This document shows, piece after piece, positions 1 to 9,958 of a DNA stretch of 64,000 nucleotides. A model generated the notes under the pieces. The model ran no database searches, was not told the DNA's origin, and worked only from the letters and a program-made list of their open reading frames with translations. Both the position numbers and the translations under genes were made by a program. Each line of letters opens with the position of its first letter. The first letter of the stretch is position 1. Origin of the DNA: an uncultured cyanobacterium (lineage in GTDB: Bacteria > Cyanobacteriota > Cyanobacteriia > Pseudanabaenales > Pseudanabaenaceae); contig OY969811.1 in NCBI GenBank assembly GCA_963703315.1, positions 2,272,001-2,336,000 of the forward strand, given 5' to 3'.

Positions 1-76
1 AGCATTCTAACTACGTGAATAATGTACGCTTATCATCAGAGTATACATAAAAATTAGTATATATAGCTGTCGTCAG

Positions 77-135
77 TTACAACATAAGCCCAAAATAGAG
101 TTGCACTGCAACTCTATTTTGGGCTTATGTTGTAA
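77..135. repeat. Perfect 29-bp-arm palindrome (REP-like intergenic repeat)
   Basis: TTACAACATAAGCCCAAAATAGAGTTGCA-c-TGCAACTCTATTTTGGGCTTATGTTGTAA; preceded by TATAGC as in other repeat copies. Confidence 0.85.
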
Positions 136-298
136 GGATGATGCGATTAAATCATGTAACATTAGTAACATATCGCGATCGCTACGACAGGTCTTAAAAC
201 CAAAGAAAAACCTATTTTTTGCGAACTAAAGCACAAATTTGAGTTTAAGTTTTAATTTAGTGAACGCACTATAGCTTTGCAATCAAGCGAGGTGCAGA

Positions 299-333
299 GG
301 ATTATTTCCCCGCCTTCGGCGGGGAAATAATCC
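299..333. repeat. CC-GAA/TTC-GG hairpin repeat family member
   Basis: GGATTATTTCCCCGCC-ttc-GGCGGGGAAATAATCC; related copies at 3976-4014, ~30247-30283, ~32527-32571 and ~53417-53451. Confidence 0.8.
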
Positions 334-480
334 CGTACTTCACTAGACTGTAATTCACGAAAGTGTGACAACGCTTTTGTGAATTGAAAACCAAACCCAG
401 TAGGGGTTTTCAAAACTAAAAATGGCGTAGCCATTTTTAGTTTTGGTATTAGATATGACATTTATGAGAAATGATAAAAG

Positions 481-1596
481 ATGCAAGAGTGTAATGAATT
501 CCATCAGTCTGCGGTGCTGGCAAAAGAACCAGCCAAAAAATTAAAGTTTGGTAAAAACAGTGGATTTCAGGCTGAATTGAGGAGAAGAGTTGATAAACTC
601 TTTCAAAGTCCAAATCTCAAAGAAAGAGATTGTCCCCAAATGTATGTCAAGACTACAATTTTACTTCTGAGTTTCTTTGGACTATATTTTGGTTTGGTTT
701 TCCTTGCTCAGACATGGTGGCAAGTAGTTCCTTTATGTATTGTGCTTGGTGTCATTACCGCAGGCATTGGTTTTAGCATTCAACACGATGGCGCACATCA
801 TGCTTATTCTGATTCCATCTGGATCAATAAGCTGATGTCCATGAGCTTAGATTTAATCGGTGGTAGTTCTTACATTTGGCATTGGAAGCATGATGTACTG
901 CATCATACTTATACAAATATTGCTGGCTACGACATGGATTTGGAAGTGGGAATTTTTGGACGGCTTTCTCCATCCCATGAGAAACTTCCCTTTCACCGTT
1001 GGCAACATTATTATCTATGGCTTCTATACGGTTTTTTGGCGATCAAATGGCATTTCTATGATGATTTTTATTGCCTAATTACTGGTAAAATCGGCGATCG
1101 CACCTATCCACGTCCTAAAAGCAGCAATCTCGTTATCTTTTTTGCTGGTAAGCTAGTTTTCTTCGCGATCGCCTTTGTAATTCCCTTGCAATTTCATTCT
1201 ATAGAGCAGGTTCTGGCTAGCTATGGATTGGTCGCAGTCGTTTTAGGAGTTGTCCTAAGTGTAGTATTCCAATTAGCACACGTTGTTGAGGAAGCAGAGT
1301 TTCCAGTGCCAGTTGCAGAAGAGAGTTGCCTCGAAAATGACTGGGCAATCCATCAAATTGAAACAACAGTGAACTTCTCTCGGAATAATCCTCTATTGAC
1401 ATGGATATTGGGCGGCTTGAATTTCCAAGTTGAGCATCATCTTTTTCCCAATATTTGTCATGTTAATTATCCCGCAATTTCCAAGATTGTCGAGCAGACC
1501 TGTGAGGAGTTTGGGGTGCGATATAACTATCACAATTCTTTTTGGGCGGGTTGTGTTTCCCACTTCCAGTGGTTACGCCGTATGGGAACCATATAA
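481..1596 (+). CDS. desD: Acyl-lipid front-end (delta-6-like) fatty acid desaturase
   Basis: Three His boxes HDGAH, HDVLHH, QVEHH; strong overall resemblance to Synechocystis DesD (RDCPQMYVKT, WAIHQIETTVNF, GGLNFQVEHHLFPNICH); regiospecificity not provable from sequence. Confidence 0.8.
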   Translation: MQECNEFHQSAVLAKEPAKKLKFGKNSGFQAELRRRVDKLFQSPNLKERDCPQMYVKTTILLLSFFGLYFGLVFLAQTWWQVVPLCIVLGVITAGIGFSIQHDGAHHAYSDSIWINKLMSMSLDLIGGSSYIWHWKHDVLHHTYTNIAGYDMDLEVGIFGRLSPSHEKLPFHRWQHYYLWLLYGFLAIKWHFYDDFYCLITGKIGDRTYPRPKSSNLVIFFAGKLVFFAIAFVIPLQFHSIEQVLASYGLVAVVLGVVLSVVFQLAHVVEEAEFPVPVAEESCLENDWAIHQIETTVNFSRNNPLLTWILGGLNFQVEHHLFPNICHVNYPAISKIVEQTCEEFGVRYNYHNSFWAGCVSHFQWLRRMGTI

Positions 1597-1741
1597 AAGA
1601 AGGAGCGCTTTAGCGCTCTTTCTTTTACTCAAAAAGGGAGCGCTTTAGCGCTCCCTTTTTGAGGTAATAACTATCGGTTTTGCTAACTGTTGTGGTGAAA
1701 AGTATTAAAAAAGGGAGCGCTAAGCGCTCCCTTTTTTAATA
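1597..1741. terminator. Three tandem GGAGCGC-based hairpins between convergent genes (bidirectional terminator-like)
   Basis: A/T-tailed stems at ~1597-1626, ~1628-1663 and 1703-1741. Confidence 0.7.
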
Positions 1742-1957
1742 ACTATCGGTTTTACTAACGGTCGTGTTAATTAGTTGTTGATTAGCTTGATTGAGGCGAT
1801 CGGCGATCGCTTCACGGACATCTTTATTAACATCAGCATCAGCGAGAACATCCTGCGCCATTTCCCGATATTCGGCACTAGTAGTAAGGTCTACTTGATC
1901 GAGTTTGTTCAGGTTTTCATAGACAGTTTCAGGAGAAACCGAAACATTGCTTGTCAT
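1736..1957 (-). CDS. Small acidic hypothetical protein (73 aa)
   Basis: ATG start with upstream AAGGAA-like RBS, lies downstream of gltD on the same strand, contains a HIP1 site. Confidence 0.7.
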   Translation of the reverse strand: MTSNVSVSPETVYENLNKLDQVDLTTSAEYREMAQDVLADADVNKDVREAIADRLNQANQQLINTTVSKTDSY

Positions 1958-2015
1958 AATTTATTCCTTAAATTGTTATACCCAAGGGGCTTAAGCCCCT
2001 TGTTACAAGACTGAT

Positions 2016-3500
2016 TTAGGGTAAATCGGTATCACCCATCAGATAGCGATCGCATTCACGAGCAGCACCACGACCTTCGTTAATTGCCCAGACGATCAGA
2101 CTTTGACCACGGCGGCAATCGCCTGCGGCGAAAACACTAGGAAGACTAGTCGTGAATTGACCGTGATTCGCTTTGACATTACTACGGGGATCGCGTTCCA
2201 CTCCTAGAGAATCCAGTAAAGGTTGCTCTGGACCGAGGAAACCCATTGCTAACAGTACAATCTGAGCAGGGATTACCTTTTCCGTACCTGCCACTTGCTT
2301 AGGAATAAACTGACCTTTGTCATTTCGTTCCCATTGCACTTGGACAGTGTGGACAGCTTTGACCTGACCGTTTTCGTCTCCTTCGATCTTAGTAGCTGTA
2401 GTGATGTATGCTCTGGGATCGTCACCAAACTTAGCACTCGCCTCTTCCTGTCCATAGTCCATCTTGTAGACTTTGGGCCATTTGGGCCAAGGATTATCCT
2501 TAGCGCGGGTTTCTGGAGGTTTAGGCATGATTTCTAGTTGGACAACGCTATTACATCCATGACGGATTGATGTGCCAACGCAGTCTGTGCCTGTATCACC
2601 ACCGCCGATAATCACAACATCTTTACCCTGTGCAGAAATGAAGTCATCCCCAGACTTGCCATTGAGAACTGCCTTAGTATTGGCGGTGAGGAATTCCATC
2701 GCAAAATGAATGCCTTTGAGTTCGCGTCCTTCGATACTCAGATCGCGAGGCTTAGTGGCTCCAGTACAGAGAACTACAGCATCAAATTCTTTTAGTAAGT
2801 CTTCCGCCGCTAGATCTTTACCAATTTCCGTATTACAAACAAATTTCACACCCTCTTGCTCAAGGATATTCAGGCGGCGCATTACCACCTTTTGCTTGTC
2901 CAGCTTCATATTGGGAATGCCATACATCAGCAATCCTCCGGGGCGATCGGCACGTTCATAAACGGTGACCCAATGACCTGCTTTGTTTAGTTGAGCAGCA
3001 GCACTCAGTCCTGCGGGACCTGAACCAATTACGGCAACTTTTTTGCCTGTGCGTTTTGCGGGTGGTTCAGGAACAATCCAACCTTCTTCCCAACCCTTGT
3101 CAATGATCGAATACTCGATATTCTTAATCGTCACAGGTGGATTGGTGATCCCCAGTACACAGGAACCTTCACAAGGGGCTGGACAGACGCGACCTGTAAA
3201 TTCTGGGAAGTTGTTAGTTTTGTGGAGGCGATCGAGTGCTTCGCGCCATAGTCCCCGATATACCAAGTCATTCCATTCGGGAATCAGATTATTGACTGGG
3301 CAACCGCTTGCCATGCCGCTAATCAGGTTACCTGTATGACAAAATGGTGTGCCACAGTCCATGCACCTTGCACCCTGTGTGCGGAGGTTGTCATCGGGCA
3401 TATGGACATGAAATTCATCCCAATTTTTGATGCGATCGCTTGGGGGTATTTCCGTCGGTGCTTCGCGGAGGTATTCGATAAATCCTGTTGGTTTTCCCAT
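2016..3500 (-). CDS. gltD: NADH-dependent glutamate synthase small subunit
   Basis: MGKPTGF start, [22 protein letters not shown]e-S motifs, GSGPAGL and GGGDTGTDC nucleotide-binding motifs, [11 protein letters not shown]. Confidence 0.95.
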   Translation of the reverse strand: MGKPTGFIEYLREAPTEIPPSDRIKNWDEFHVHMPDDNLRTQGARCMDCGTPFCHTGNLISGMASGCPVNNLIPEWNDLVYRGLWREALDRLHKTNNFPEFTGRVCPAPCEGSCVLGITNPPVTIKNIEYSIIDKGWEEGWIVPEPPAKRTGKKVAVIGSGPAGLSAAAQLNKAGHWVTVYERADRPGGLLMYGIPNMKLDKQKVVMRRLNILEQEGVKFVCNTEIGKDLAAEDLLKEFDAVVLCTGATKPRDLSIEGRELKGIHFAMEFLTANTKAVLNGKSGDDFISAQGKDVVIIGGGDTGTDCVGTSIRHGCNSVVQLEIMPKPPETRAKDNPWPKWPKVYKMDYGQEEASAKFGDDPRAYITTATKIEGDENGQVKAVHTVQVQWERNDKGQFIPKQVAGTEKVIPAQIVLLAMGFLGPEQPLLDSLGVERDPRSNVKANHGQFTTSLPSVFAAGDCRRGQSLIVWAINEGRGAARECDRYLMGDTDLP

Positions 3501-3650
3501 TAGTTTACTTTTTAAGTTTTGCCAAATAGCCTATAAATCATTTTTAAACCGCTTAACTTGTTCTGAGCATATTTTACGGTTTTCCTTAACATTAGTTAAT
3601 ATTACAGAAATAGAGTGGTAGCGCTCAGCGCTACCACTCTATTCATAGGT

Positions 3651-3914
3651 TTAGAGAACCTGAACCTGCATACTTTGCCATTGAGAGAGACTATAGGTTT
3701 TTAGCTGCAAGGCATGAATTGCACCAGTATCAAGATGCTCTTGGATTGCTCCATATACCAGTTTATGTTGCTTAATCATCGACAAACCTTCAAACTGTTC
3801 CGCTACCACGATCGCTGCAAAATGTTGACCATCCTGATTAGGATCTTCAACTTGAACTTTGGCATTAGGTAAGGCAGCACGAATTAATTCGGCAATATTG
3901 TGATGAGAAATCAT
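3651..3914 (-). CDS. bolA: BolA family protein
   Basis: DGQHFAAIVVAEQFEGLSMIKQHKLVY and IHALQLKT motifs; ATG at 3914 preferred over TTG at 3923. Confidence 0.9.
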   Translation of the reverse strand: MISHHNIAELIRAALPNAKVQVEDPNQDGQHFAAIVVAEQFEGLSMIKQHKLVYGAIQEHLDTGAIHALQLKTYSLSQWQSMQVQVL

Positions 3915-4074
3915 GGTGGACAAAATTGGGAAAATGTAAATAACTATTCACATTGTGCCACATTGGGACAGGAGAGGATTTGTGTTCCTTGCCGAAGGCA
4001 AGGAACACAAATCCGTATGGTAAGATGTGTGACGTTTTGCCCCATCTATTCGCCTGTTTTGCTATAAAGATTTC

Positions 4075-4878
4075 ATGAAAATTGCAACTTGGAACGTTAA
4101 CTCAGTTCGCACAAGGATTAACCATGTATGTGATTGGTTGCAAGCAAATCCTGATGTGGATCTGTTGTGTTTACAAGAAACCAAAGTGATCGATAAGGAC
4201 TTTCCCCATACGCCATTTACGGATTTAGGATACCAAACCTATATTTATGGTCAGAAGTCCTATAACGGTGTGGCAATCATTGCGCGATCGCCTTTAGAAA
4301 ATATCCAAACAGGCTTTGCATCAGTATTAGGAGAAATTAGTGATCCCATTGCCGATCCGAGTTTAGATGAGCAGAAACGGTTGATTACTGCGAAATTTGG
4401 CGATGTGCAAGTTGTGAATATGTATGTCCCCAATGGCTCGGAAGTGGGGAGCGAGAAATATGAATACAAGTTACGCTGGCTAAAACTTTTAAAAGCATAT
4501 TTACAAACTTTGTTAGCCCAAAATCCGAATGTGTTGATCTGTGGTGATTTTAATGTGGCGATCGCCGATCTCGATATTTATGATCCGAAGGGGCGGGAAA
4601 CTAAAGTCATGTCTACGGATATCGAGCGTGAAACTTTGGCAGAAGTATTGAATTTAGGATTTAAGGATGTATTTCGGAAGTTTGAAACAGGAGGCGGTTA
4701 CTATAGTTGGTGGGATTATCGTTCAGGAGGATTTAGTCGCAATCGAGGCTGGCGGATTGATTATCATTTCGTGACAGAATCGCTCTATGAAAAAGCAACT
4801 GCCTGTGTAATTGATGTTGAACCCCGTAAGCTTACTCAGCCTAGTGATCATACCCCTGTAATTGTGACCATTGATTAA
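4075..4878 (+). CDS. xth: Exodeoxyribonuclease III
   Basis: MKIATWNVNS, LCLQETK, YNGVA, CGDFN, YSWWDYR, GWRIDY, SDHTPV. Confidence 0.95.
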   Translation: MKIATWNVNSVRTRINHVCDWLQANPDVDLLCLQETKVIDKDFPHTPFTDLGYQTYIYGQKSYNGVAIIARSPLENIQTGFASVLGEISDPIADPSLDEQKRLITAKFGDVQVVNMYVPNGSEVGSEKYEYKLRWLKLLKAYLQTLLAQNPNVLICGDFNVAIADLDIYDPKGRETKVMSTDIERETLAEVLNLGFKDVFRKFETGGGYYSWWDYRSGGFSRNRGWRIDYHFVTESLYEKATACVIDVEPRKLTQPSDHTPVIVTID

Positions 4879-4885
4879 TACTAAT

Positions 4886-5332
4886 ATGAAATATCGTATC
4901 TTTTTGGCGATCGCGCTACTCATATTGTTTTTGTTCCCTTTGCCAGCATGGGCTGCCAATCCTCGTCAAATCATCCAACTCCAATCGAAGCGAGATTGTC
5001 AAGTTTGTGATTTGGCAGGAGCCTATTTACCAGTACAGAAACTAGACTATACCTATCTCCTTGCTGCCAATCTTAGTAAAGCAAATTTAGTCGGCTCCAG
5101 TATCACTTTCTCTAATCTCAGCCGCGCTAATCTAACAGGCGCAAATCTCAGTTATGTCAACTTTAAACGGACTAAGTTATTATTGACAGATTTCACTGAT
5201 GCAATCCTTGATAAAACGGATCTCACTGAAGCTAATCTCACTGGTGCGACTGTATCCGAAGCTCAATTGGCTAAAGCCAAGCTATGCAAAACAGTGTTAT
5301 CCAATGGATTAACCTCAGACCGTGATTGTTAG
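4886..5332 (+). CDS. Exported pentapeptide-repeat protein
   Basis: Signal peptide ending AWA, C-x-x-C-D-L followed by A(N/D)Lxx repeats, terminal Cys pair; ATG at 4886 preferred. Confidence 0.9.
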   Translation: MKYRIFLAIALLILFLFPLPAWAANPRQIIQLQSKRDCQVCDLAGAYLPVQKLDYTYLLAANLSKANLVGSSITFSNLSRANLTGANLSYVNFKRTKLLLTDFTDAILDKTDLTEANLTGATVSEAQLAKAKLCKTVLSNGLTSDRDC

Positions 5333-5379
5333 CAACTTCCTTTACCCAAAATAGAGTGGCGGCGCTTCGCGCCACAACT

Positions 5380-5883
5380 CTATTTTGATGCTAATTGCTC
5401 TAGGGCATTGCCCGTAACTCGACAGATTCGCCAGTCGGGAAGAATTTCTGCACCAATGCGAGTATAAAAGGCGATCGCAGGTTCATTCCAATCTAAAACT
5501 GACCACTCGAAGCGTCCATATCCTCTAGCAACAGCGATTTGAGCAAGTTTAGTGATGAGAGCTTTACCAATTCCTATGCCACGATATTCCGATAGTACAA
5601 ATAGGTCTTCTAAATAGATGCCTCTGCGAGTTAAGAAAGTGGAATAGCTAGTGAAAAAGAGAGCAAATCCGACTATCTGATTAGGTTTCTGATTAGATTC
5701 TATTTCCGCAACTACTGCTTCAATACAAGGCTTTGTACCAAATAAATCTGCTTGCAAAGATTCCATATTACCTGTGACTTGATCTGAGAGCTTCTCGTAG
5801 TCAGCAAGAGCTAAAATTAATGAAAACATGGCAGAAATATCTTCAATTGTGGCAGAGCGAATCGTAAATTTAACTTGCGTCAT
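5380..5883 (-). CDS. GNAT N-acetyltransferase (SSAT/diamine acetyltransferase-like)
   Basis: IYLEDLFV, YRGIGIGKAL, EWSVLDWNEPAIAFY; ATG at 5883 preferred. Confidence 0.9.
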   Translation of the reverse strand: MTQVKFTIRSATIEDISAMFSLILALADYEKLSDQVTGNMESLQADLFGTKPCIEAVVAEIESNQKPNQIVGFALFFTSYSTFLTRRGIYLEDLFVLSEYRGIGIGKALITKLAQIAVARGYGRFEWSVLDWNEPAIAFYTRIGAEILPDWRICRVTGNALEQLASK

Positions 5884-6072
5884 GATTCTGAATGTTTTTG
5901 AATACTTTGCTTTCAAAAACACTAGCATATAGACTAGATATTAGACCTACAACACTTCGCGCTCAAACCCGAACCAAGAATTTTTTGAAATTTTTGCAAA
6001 GCAAAAATTTCAAAAAATTCTTGGGTTTTAGTTGCTTAAAATTTGCTGTAAAGAATCTCCAAAATTAACTCA

Positions 6073-7323
6073 GATCTTGCACCATTCCTGAAAATGTTAA
6101 GTGGGAATGGGTTTGAGAATAATTTCAAAGCCATGACGAGCAGCAATATCGGCACTAATTTGAAGATACCTGAGAAGTTTCAACCAAAGGACAGAAGGGA
6201 ATAAAACAGAAAGAGTTAAATCACAGGTAGCTTTCCAGTCCAAGATGGGAGGACTCGACCATTGATCAATCCAATGAACCAAAAGATAAGCAAGCAGAGA
6301 AAGGATAAGCCAACGATAAACGCCAAGTTTTGTAGATTGTCCAAAACAATGCAAACCAAAGCGATGTTTGATGGTTTTGAAGAAACCCTCAATTGCCCAA
6401 CGCTTACGCCCCAACATAACCAGATAAGCACCAGAATAAGGATGAGAAGAGACGACAAAGCGTAACTCCCGTTTACTATCGGCTCTTTTGAGCCAGAACC
6501 AAGAGATGGTCAAAGGCTTAGTTAGCCCTTTCAGTAAAACTTGTTGTCCACGGTTGCCATGGCGATAAAGTTGTTTGACGGTACGTCCATCTTGAAGTTT
6601 GCGATTGTTGCGTACGCCGACAACTATGCGCCAAGACTTGGCGCGGACAGCATTGAAAAACTTCACCGTACTAAACTCAGTATCAGCAAGGACAATCACA
6701 GTCTTGCCTTGGGTTAGTTGCTTGGGTACTGTCCCCAACAACTTACAAGCTAAGTCAGAGGGACTGGGGTATCCTTTGCCGCGCCATACTCTAAAACTCC
6801 ATGGTACGCGCCACTCTCCATAGACCAAATACAGTACAACCAGATGTAGTCCTCGCTTGCCGTTTAGTATTCTCACCCATGGGTCGGGTTTGTCTTTAGT
6901 GGGATTGCTCAATTGTAAGAACTTGCCGCATTTTTCTAGGGTCGTCAAATCTATCAGGATCTTTAATGGCACTTGTTTCGATGGATGATGCTTGCCGATT
7001 TGTCCCAAAATAGCCTGCCTTGTTGCTCGAATTAGTCCTCTGGTTGACCAGTTATAGTGATTGAGAAATCGACTGAGCGCACTTGCTGATTTTATCTGTG
7101 TATGTTCTGGATAAGGATGCCCTTGTGCTTCCAGAAATAGCCCTAATATTGCATTGAGACTTGCTTTTTGATACACACTTGGCATCAAACACAGAAGACT
7201 ATACACTAGCCATTGGGCGTGTTTAACGATGCTTTCCATAATCGTTATTTGAATTTACTACTACGCCCTTTTTTTCACATTTCTGCTCTTTCTACAACCC
7301 CTTTTCTTGAATGGTGCAAGATC
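6073..7323 (-). mobile_element. Insertion sequence (IS4/IS701-like DDE), ~1.25 kb
   Basis: Perfect 15-bp inverted repeats GATCTTGCACCATTC (6073-6087) / GAATGGTGCAAGATC (7309-7323), flanked by direct repeat TCA (or CTCAG if the ends are 1 bp inward); no HIP1 sites. Confidence 0.9.
6097..7239 (-). CDS. DDE transposase (IS4/IS701-like)
   Basis: ILIDLTT, LADTEF, RWAIEGFFKTIKH catalytic D-D-E motifs; intact 380-aa ORF within the inverted repeats. Confidence 0.9.
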   Translation of the reverse strand: MESIVKHAQWLVYSLLCLMPSVYQKASLNAILGLFLEAQGHPYPEHTQIKSASALSRFLNHYNWSTRGLIRATRQAILGQIGKHHPSKQVPLKILIDLTTLEKCGKFLQLSNPTKDKPDPWVRILNGKRGLHLVVLYLVYGEWRVPWSFRVWRGKGYPSPSDLACKLLGTVPKQLTQGKTVIVLADTEFSTVKFFNAVRAKSWRIVVGVRNNRKLQDGRTVKQLYRHGNRGQQVLLKGLTKPLTISWFWLKRADSKRELRFVVSSHPYSGAYLVMLGRKRWAIEGFFKTIKHRFGLHCFGQSTKLGVYRWLILSLLAYLLVHWIDQWSSPPILDWKATCDLTLSVLFPSVLWLKLLRYLQISADIAARHGFEIILKPIPT

Positions 7324-7350
7324 TCAGTTAACTTATTTATTAAACGCAAG

Positions 7351-7755
7351 ATGAATTTGACTTTCTCTCCATCCCAAATATTGTTGTATGGTGTGGCGAT
7401 CGCAGGGGGACTAATATATTTACCCTATCTCGTAGTTGCCTATGCGCGGGTCAGTATTGGTATTGATTTGAATGCGCCCAGAGCGATGTTCGATCGCTTA
7501 CCCGACTATGCTAAACGCGCAACATGGGCGCACCAAAATTCCTTTGAAGTATTTGGACTATTTACGGCGGCAGCTCTGACTGCCTATGTCACCAATTCTA
7601 GTTCAGATAAAACTTCGCTGTATGTATTAGCTTTTTTAATCGCAAGGGTTCTATTTAGCTTGTTCTATATTATTGATATACCTCTATTGCGATCGCCGAT
7701 GTGGGCAATCAGTATGGTCTGTATTGGCAGTCTTTTTGCTACAAGCCTTTGGTAA
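7351..7755 (+). CDS. MAPEG family membrane protein
   Basis: RATWAHQNSFE motif, four hydrophobic segments; ATG at 7351 (the longer ORF starts inside the IS). Confidence 0.85.
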   Translation: MNLTFSPSQILLYGVAIAGGLIYLPYLVVAYARVSIGIDLNAPRAMFDRLPDYAKRATWAHQNSFEVFGLFTAAALTAYVTNSSSDKTSLYVLAFLIARVLFSLFYIIDIPLLRSPMWAISMVCIGSLFATSLW

Positions 7756-7786
7756 AAGAGAAGCGGTGCAAAGCACCGCTTCTCTC

Positions 7787-9484
7787 TTATGGTCTAATTG
7801 ACTCAATTCTGGCAGTTAGACCTTGTTGCGCGAGACGCGACACTTGTACTTCGGCAATGCGGCGATCGCTATAGGCTCCAATCTGGACAACTAGATAGCC
7901 ATTCAGTCGAGAAGGAAAGGAGTTTGGCACAATCTGACGGACTTGGGCAACAGCATTAGGAGAAGAGACGGGAACAACCACACGATAGCGCGGTGGTGTT
8001 TGGGGGGTAAGACTAGTATTAGCAAGGGGAGCAATTTGGATTGGTTGATTGACGGGTTCGCCACTTGGTGGCACTTTTCGGACAGGCGGTAAGCTAGGAA
8101 TAATTTCAGTATTGGTTGGAAGAGATGCATTTAATTCTCTAGGGGCAATTCTGACGATTATAGAAGTCACAGGCTCATACCAAAAAGGGCTATTGGTGAC
8201 ATTTCCTTGATTACTTGGAAGTAAACTAGTCGAGTTATTAAAATTAGATGTAAGATTGCTTGGCTGACTGGTAGCGATCTGTTGAGAAAGTTGTTGGTTG
8301 ATATTGGCAAAGCGATCGCTTTTTGGTGCTGGGGATACAGTTGACGATGCATTCTTAGCGGTATCTTTGGGAACGATAGAAGTTACTGTATTTGTAGCTG
8401 TTACCTTTGCTGAAGGATTATTTGCAAATAAATTGGATGGCGGACGCACACTCAATAATTGCAAACTTCCCTTTACTCTCTTAATGTCCAATTGATTACC
8501 AATTACAGCAATCTTATTCCGACTCACATTTTGTAAATCAAATGTGCCATTGCCTTGAAATGTATTGTTGCCATCATCATTGGGTTTGCCCAGATCGGGC
8601 TTTGCGGAATCCGAAATCGTTAAGCCATAACTTCGATTATTAACGATCGCATTGCCGCGCAAAACTGGTTTAGCATCAGCTTGAATTAACAATCCATTCT
8701 GATTTTGAGTGAAAGTATTTTCGGTGAGTTGTGGTGCTGACTCTTGACGGATGCTCATCCCAAATGTGGTTTGCTGAAACAGATTGCCGCGAATATCAGG
8801 ACTAGCTTCTCCTTCAATTGCTAACCCACTAGTACCATTGCGAAAGAATTGATTTGTTGAAATAATCGCCGTTGATTTGCCTGTAATTAAGCCACCATCT
8901 TGCTTATTATCCAGAAAAGTATTATTAGCGATCGCAGGGCTAGCATTCTCAATCCAAATTCCATAACCTCTAGAGTTCGGATTGGTTACGGTCACGCCGC
9001 GCAGTTCTGATTGTTCACCGAAGGCGATCGCCACATTTTGTGGAAATCCTGATCCCGTGCGTAAAGTTCCTCCACCAAAGATAATGCTATCTCTGCCCTT
9101 ATTCGCTTCGTTACCACGTAGAGTTACATTTGCTGGTAGCTTAATCGGAAACTTTTCTCCTGTTGCTTGGCTATAGGTTCCATTGGCTAATTGAATAATT
9201 TGTCCAGACTGTACGCGGCTGATTGCGTAGGTGATCGTCTTCAAAGGCGCGATATTCGTTCCTTGTTCGGGGCGATCGCTACCTGTTTGCGGATTTACAT
9301 AAATGATATTTTGAGTAATATTCGGGGTGGCTTGATTATTAGTTTGTTGACTCTGGGGTGTTTGAGATTGAGCGATCACGGGTGTGGCGATCGCTAAGCT
9401 AGGCGACAAGATGATCACAGGAAGCAACCCGATAAAGTCTTGAAAAATAAAGCCTTGAAATGTCTTACGAATGCTCATTTTCAT
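7787..9484 (-). CDS. Exported DUF1565/beta-helix protein with C-terminal SPOR-like domain
   Basis: Signal peptide, IYVNPQTGSD..APLKTITYA, GTYSQATGEKFPI, parallel beta-helix repeats, S/T/P linker, VQIGAYSDRRIAE. Confidence 0.85.
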   Translation of the reverse strand: MKMSIRKTFQGFIFQDFIGLLPVIILSPSLAIATPVIAQSQTPQSQQTNNQATPNITQNIIYVNPQTGSDRPEQGTNIAPLKTITYAISRVQSGQIIQLANGTYSQATGEKFPIKLPANVTLRGNEANKGRDSIIFGGGTLRTGSGFPQNVAIAFGEQSELRGVTVTNPNSRGYGIWIENASPAIANNTFLDNKQDGGLITGKSTAIISTNQFFRNGTSGLAIEGEASPDIRGNLFQQTTFGMSIRQESAPQLTENTFTQNQNGLLIQADAKPVLRGNAIVNNRSYGLTISDSAKPDLGKPNDDGNNTFQGNGTFDLQNVSRNKIAVIGNQLDIKRVKGSLQLLSVRPPSNLFANNPSAKVTATNTVTSIVPKDTAKNASSTVSPAPKSDRFANINQQLSQQIATSQPSNLTSNFNNSTSLLPSNQGNVTNSPFWYEPVTSIIVRIAPRELNASLPTNTEIIPSLPPVRKVPPSGEPVNQPIQIAPLANTSLTPQTPPRYRVVVPVSSPNAVAQVRQIVPNSFPSRLNGYLVVQIGAYSDRRIAEVQVSRLAQQGLTARIESIRP

Positions 9485-9958
9485 GTACAGATTGCTTCCT
9501 TTGCCTTATGTGAAATTTTTAGAATTGCTGAATAGAATAGTGGTTGGCTCAAATAACTGAGACTAATACCAAATCCGATTTAGATAGTTTAGAGTGGCAG
9601 TGCTTTGCACCGCCACTCTAAACTATCTTTTTGGGTAGGAATTAAGTGGACAACCTAATTCTTAAGAATCATAAAGTACCTTACGTTTCTAGAAATAGCA
9701 AGAGTTACAAAAAGGCTAAACAAGGTGCTAAAAGCAGGGCAACCACATAAAAAAGGCAGTAAAATCAAGAGAAAAGAAATAAAGTAAAGCTGCAATAAAT
9801 AGTGCGATCAAAGTCAGGTGGGGTTGGGCGAGTAAACCCGCAACAACTGCAAAACAGATTCCTCCTCCTCAGTGCAGTAAGAGAAATCAGGGCTTGCAGA
9901 CTTTTAGTAGCACATCGCATATCTACATTAAAATTAAAGTTAAAGCTAAATAAATAGG

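Noticed and set aside
252..461. 69-aa minus-strand ORF
   Set aside because: Runs across several palindromic repeats; no recognisable protein features
2016..3500. gltD without an adjacent gltB
   Set aside because: Unlinked gltB/gltD genes are known in cyanobacteria; not unusual
7213..7350. N-terminal extension of the MAPEG ORF
   Set aside because: Derives from the IS end; the native ATG is at 7351
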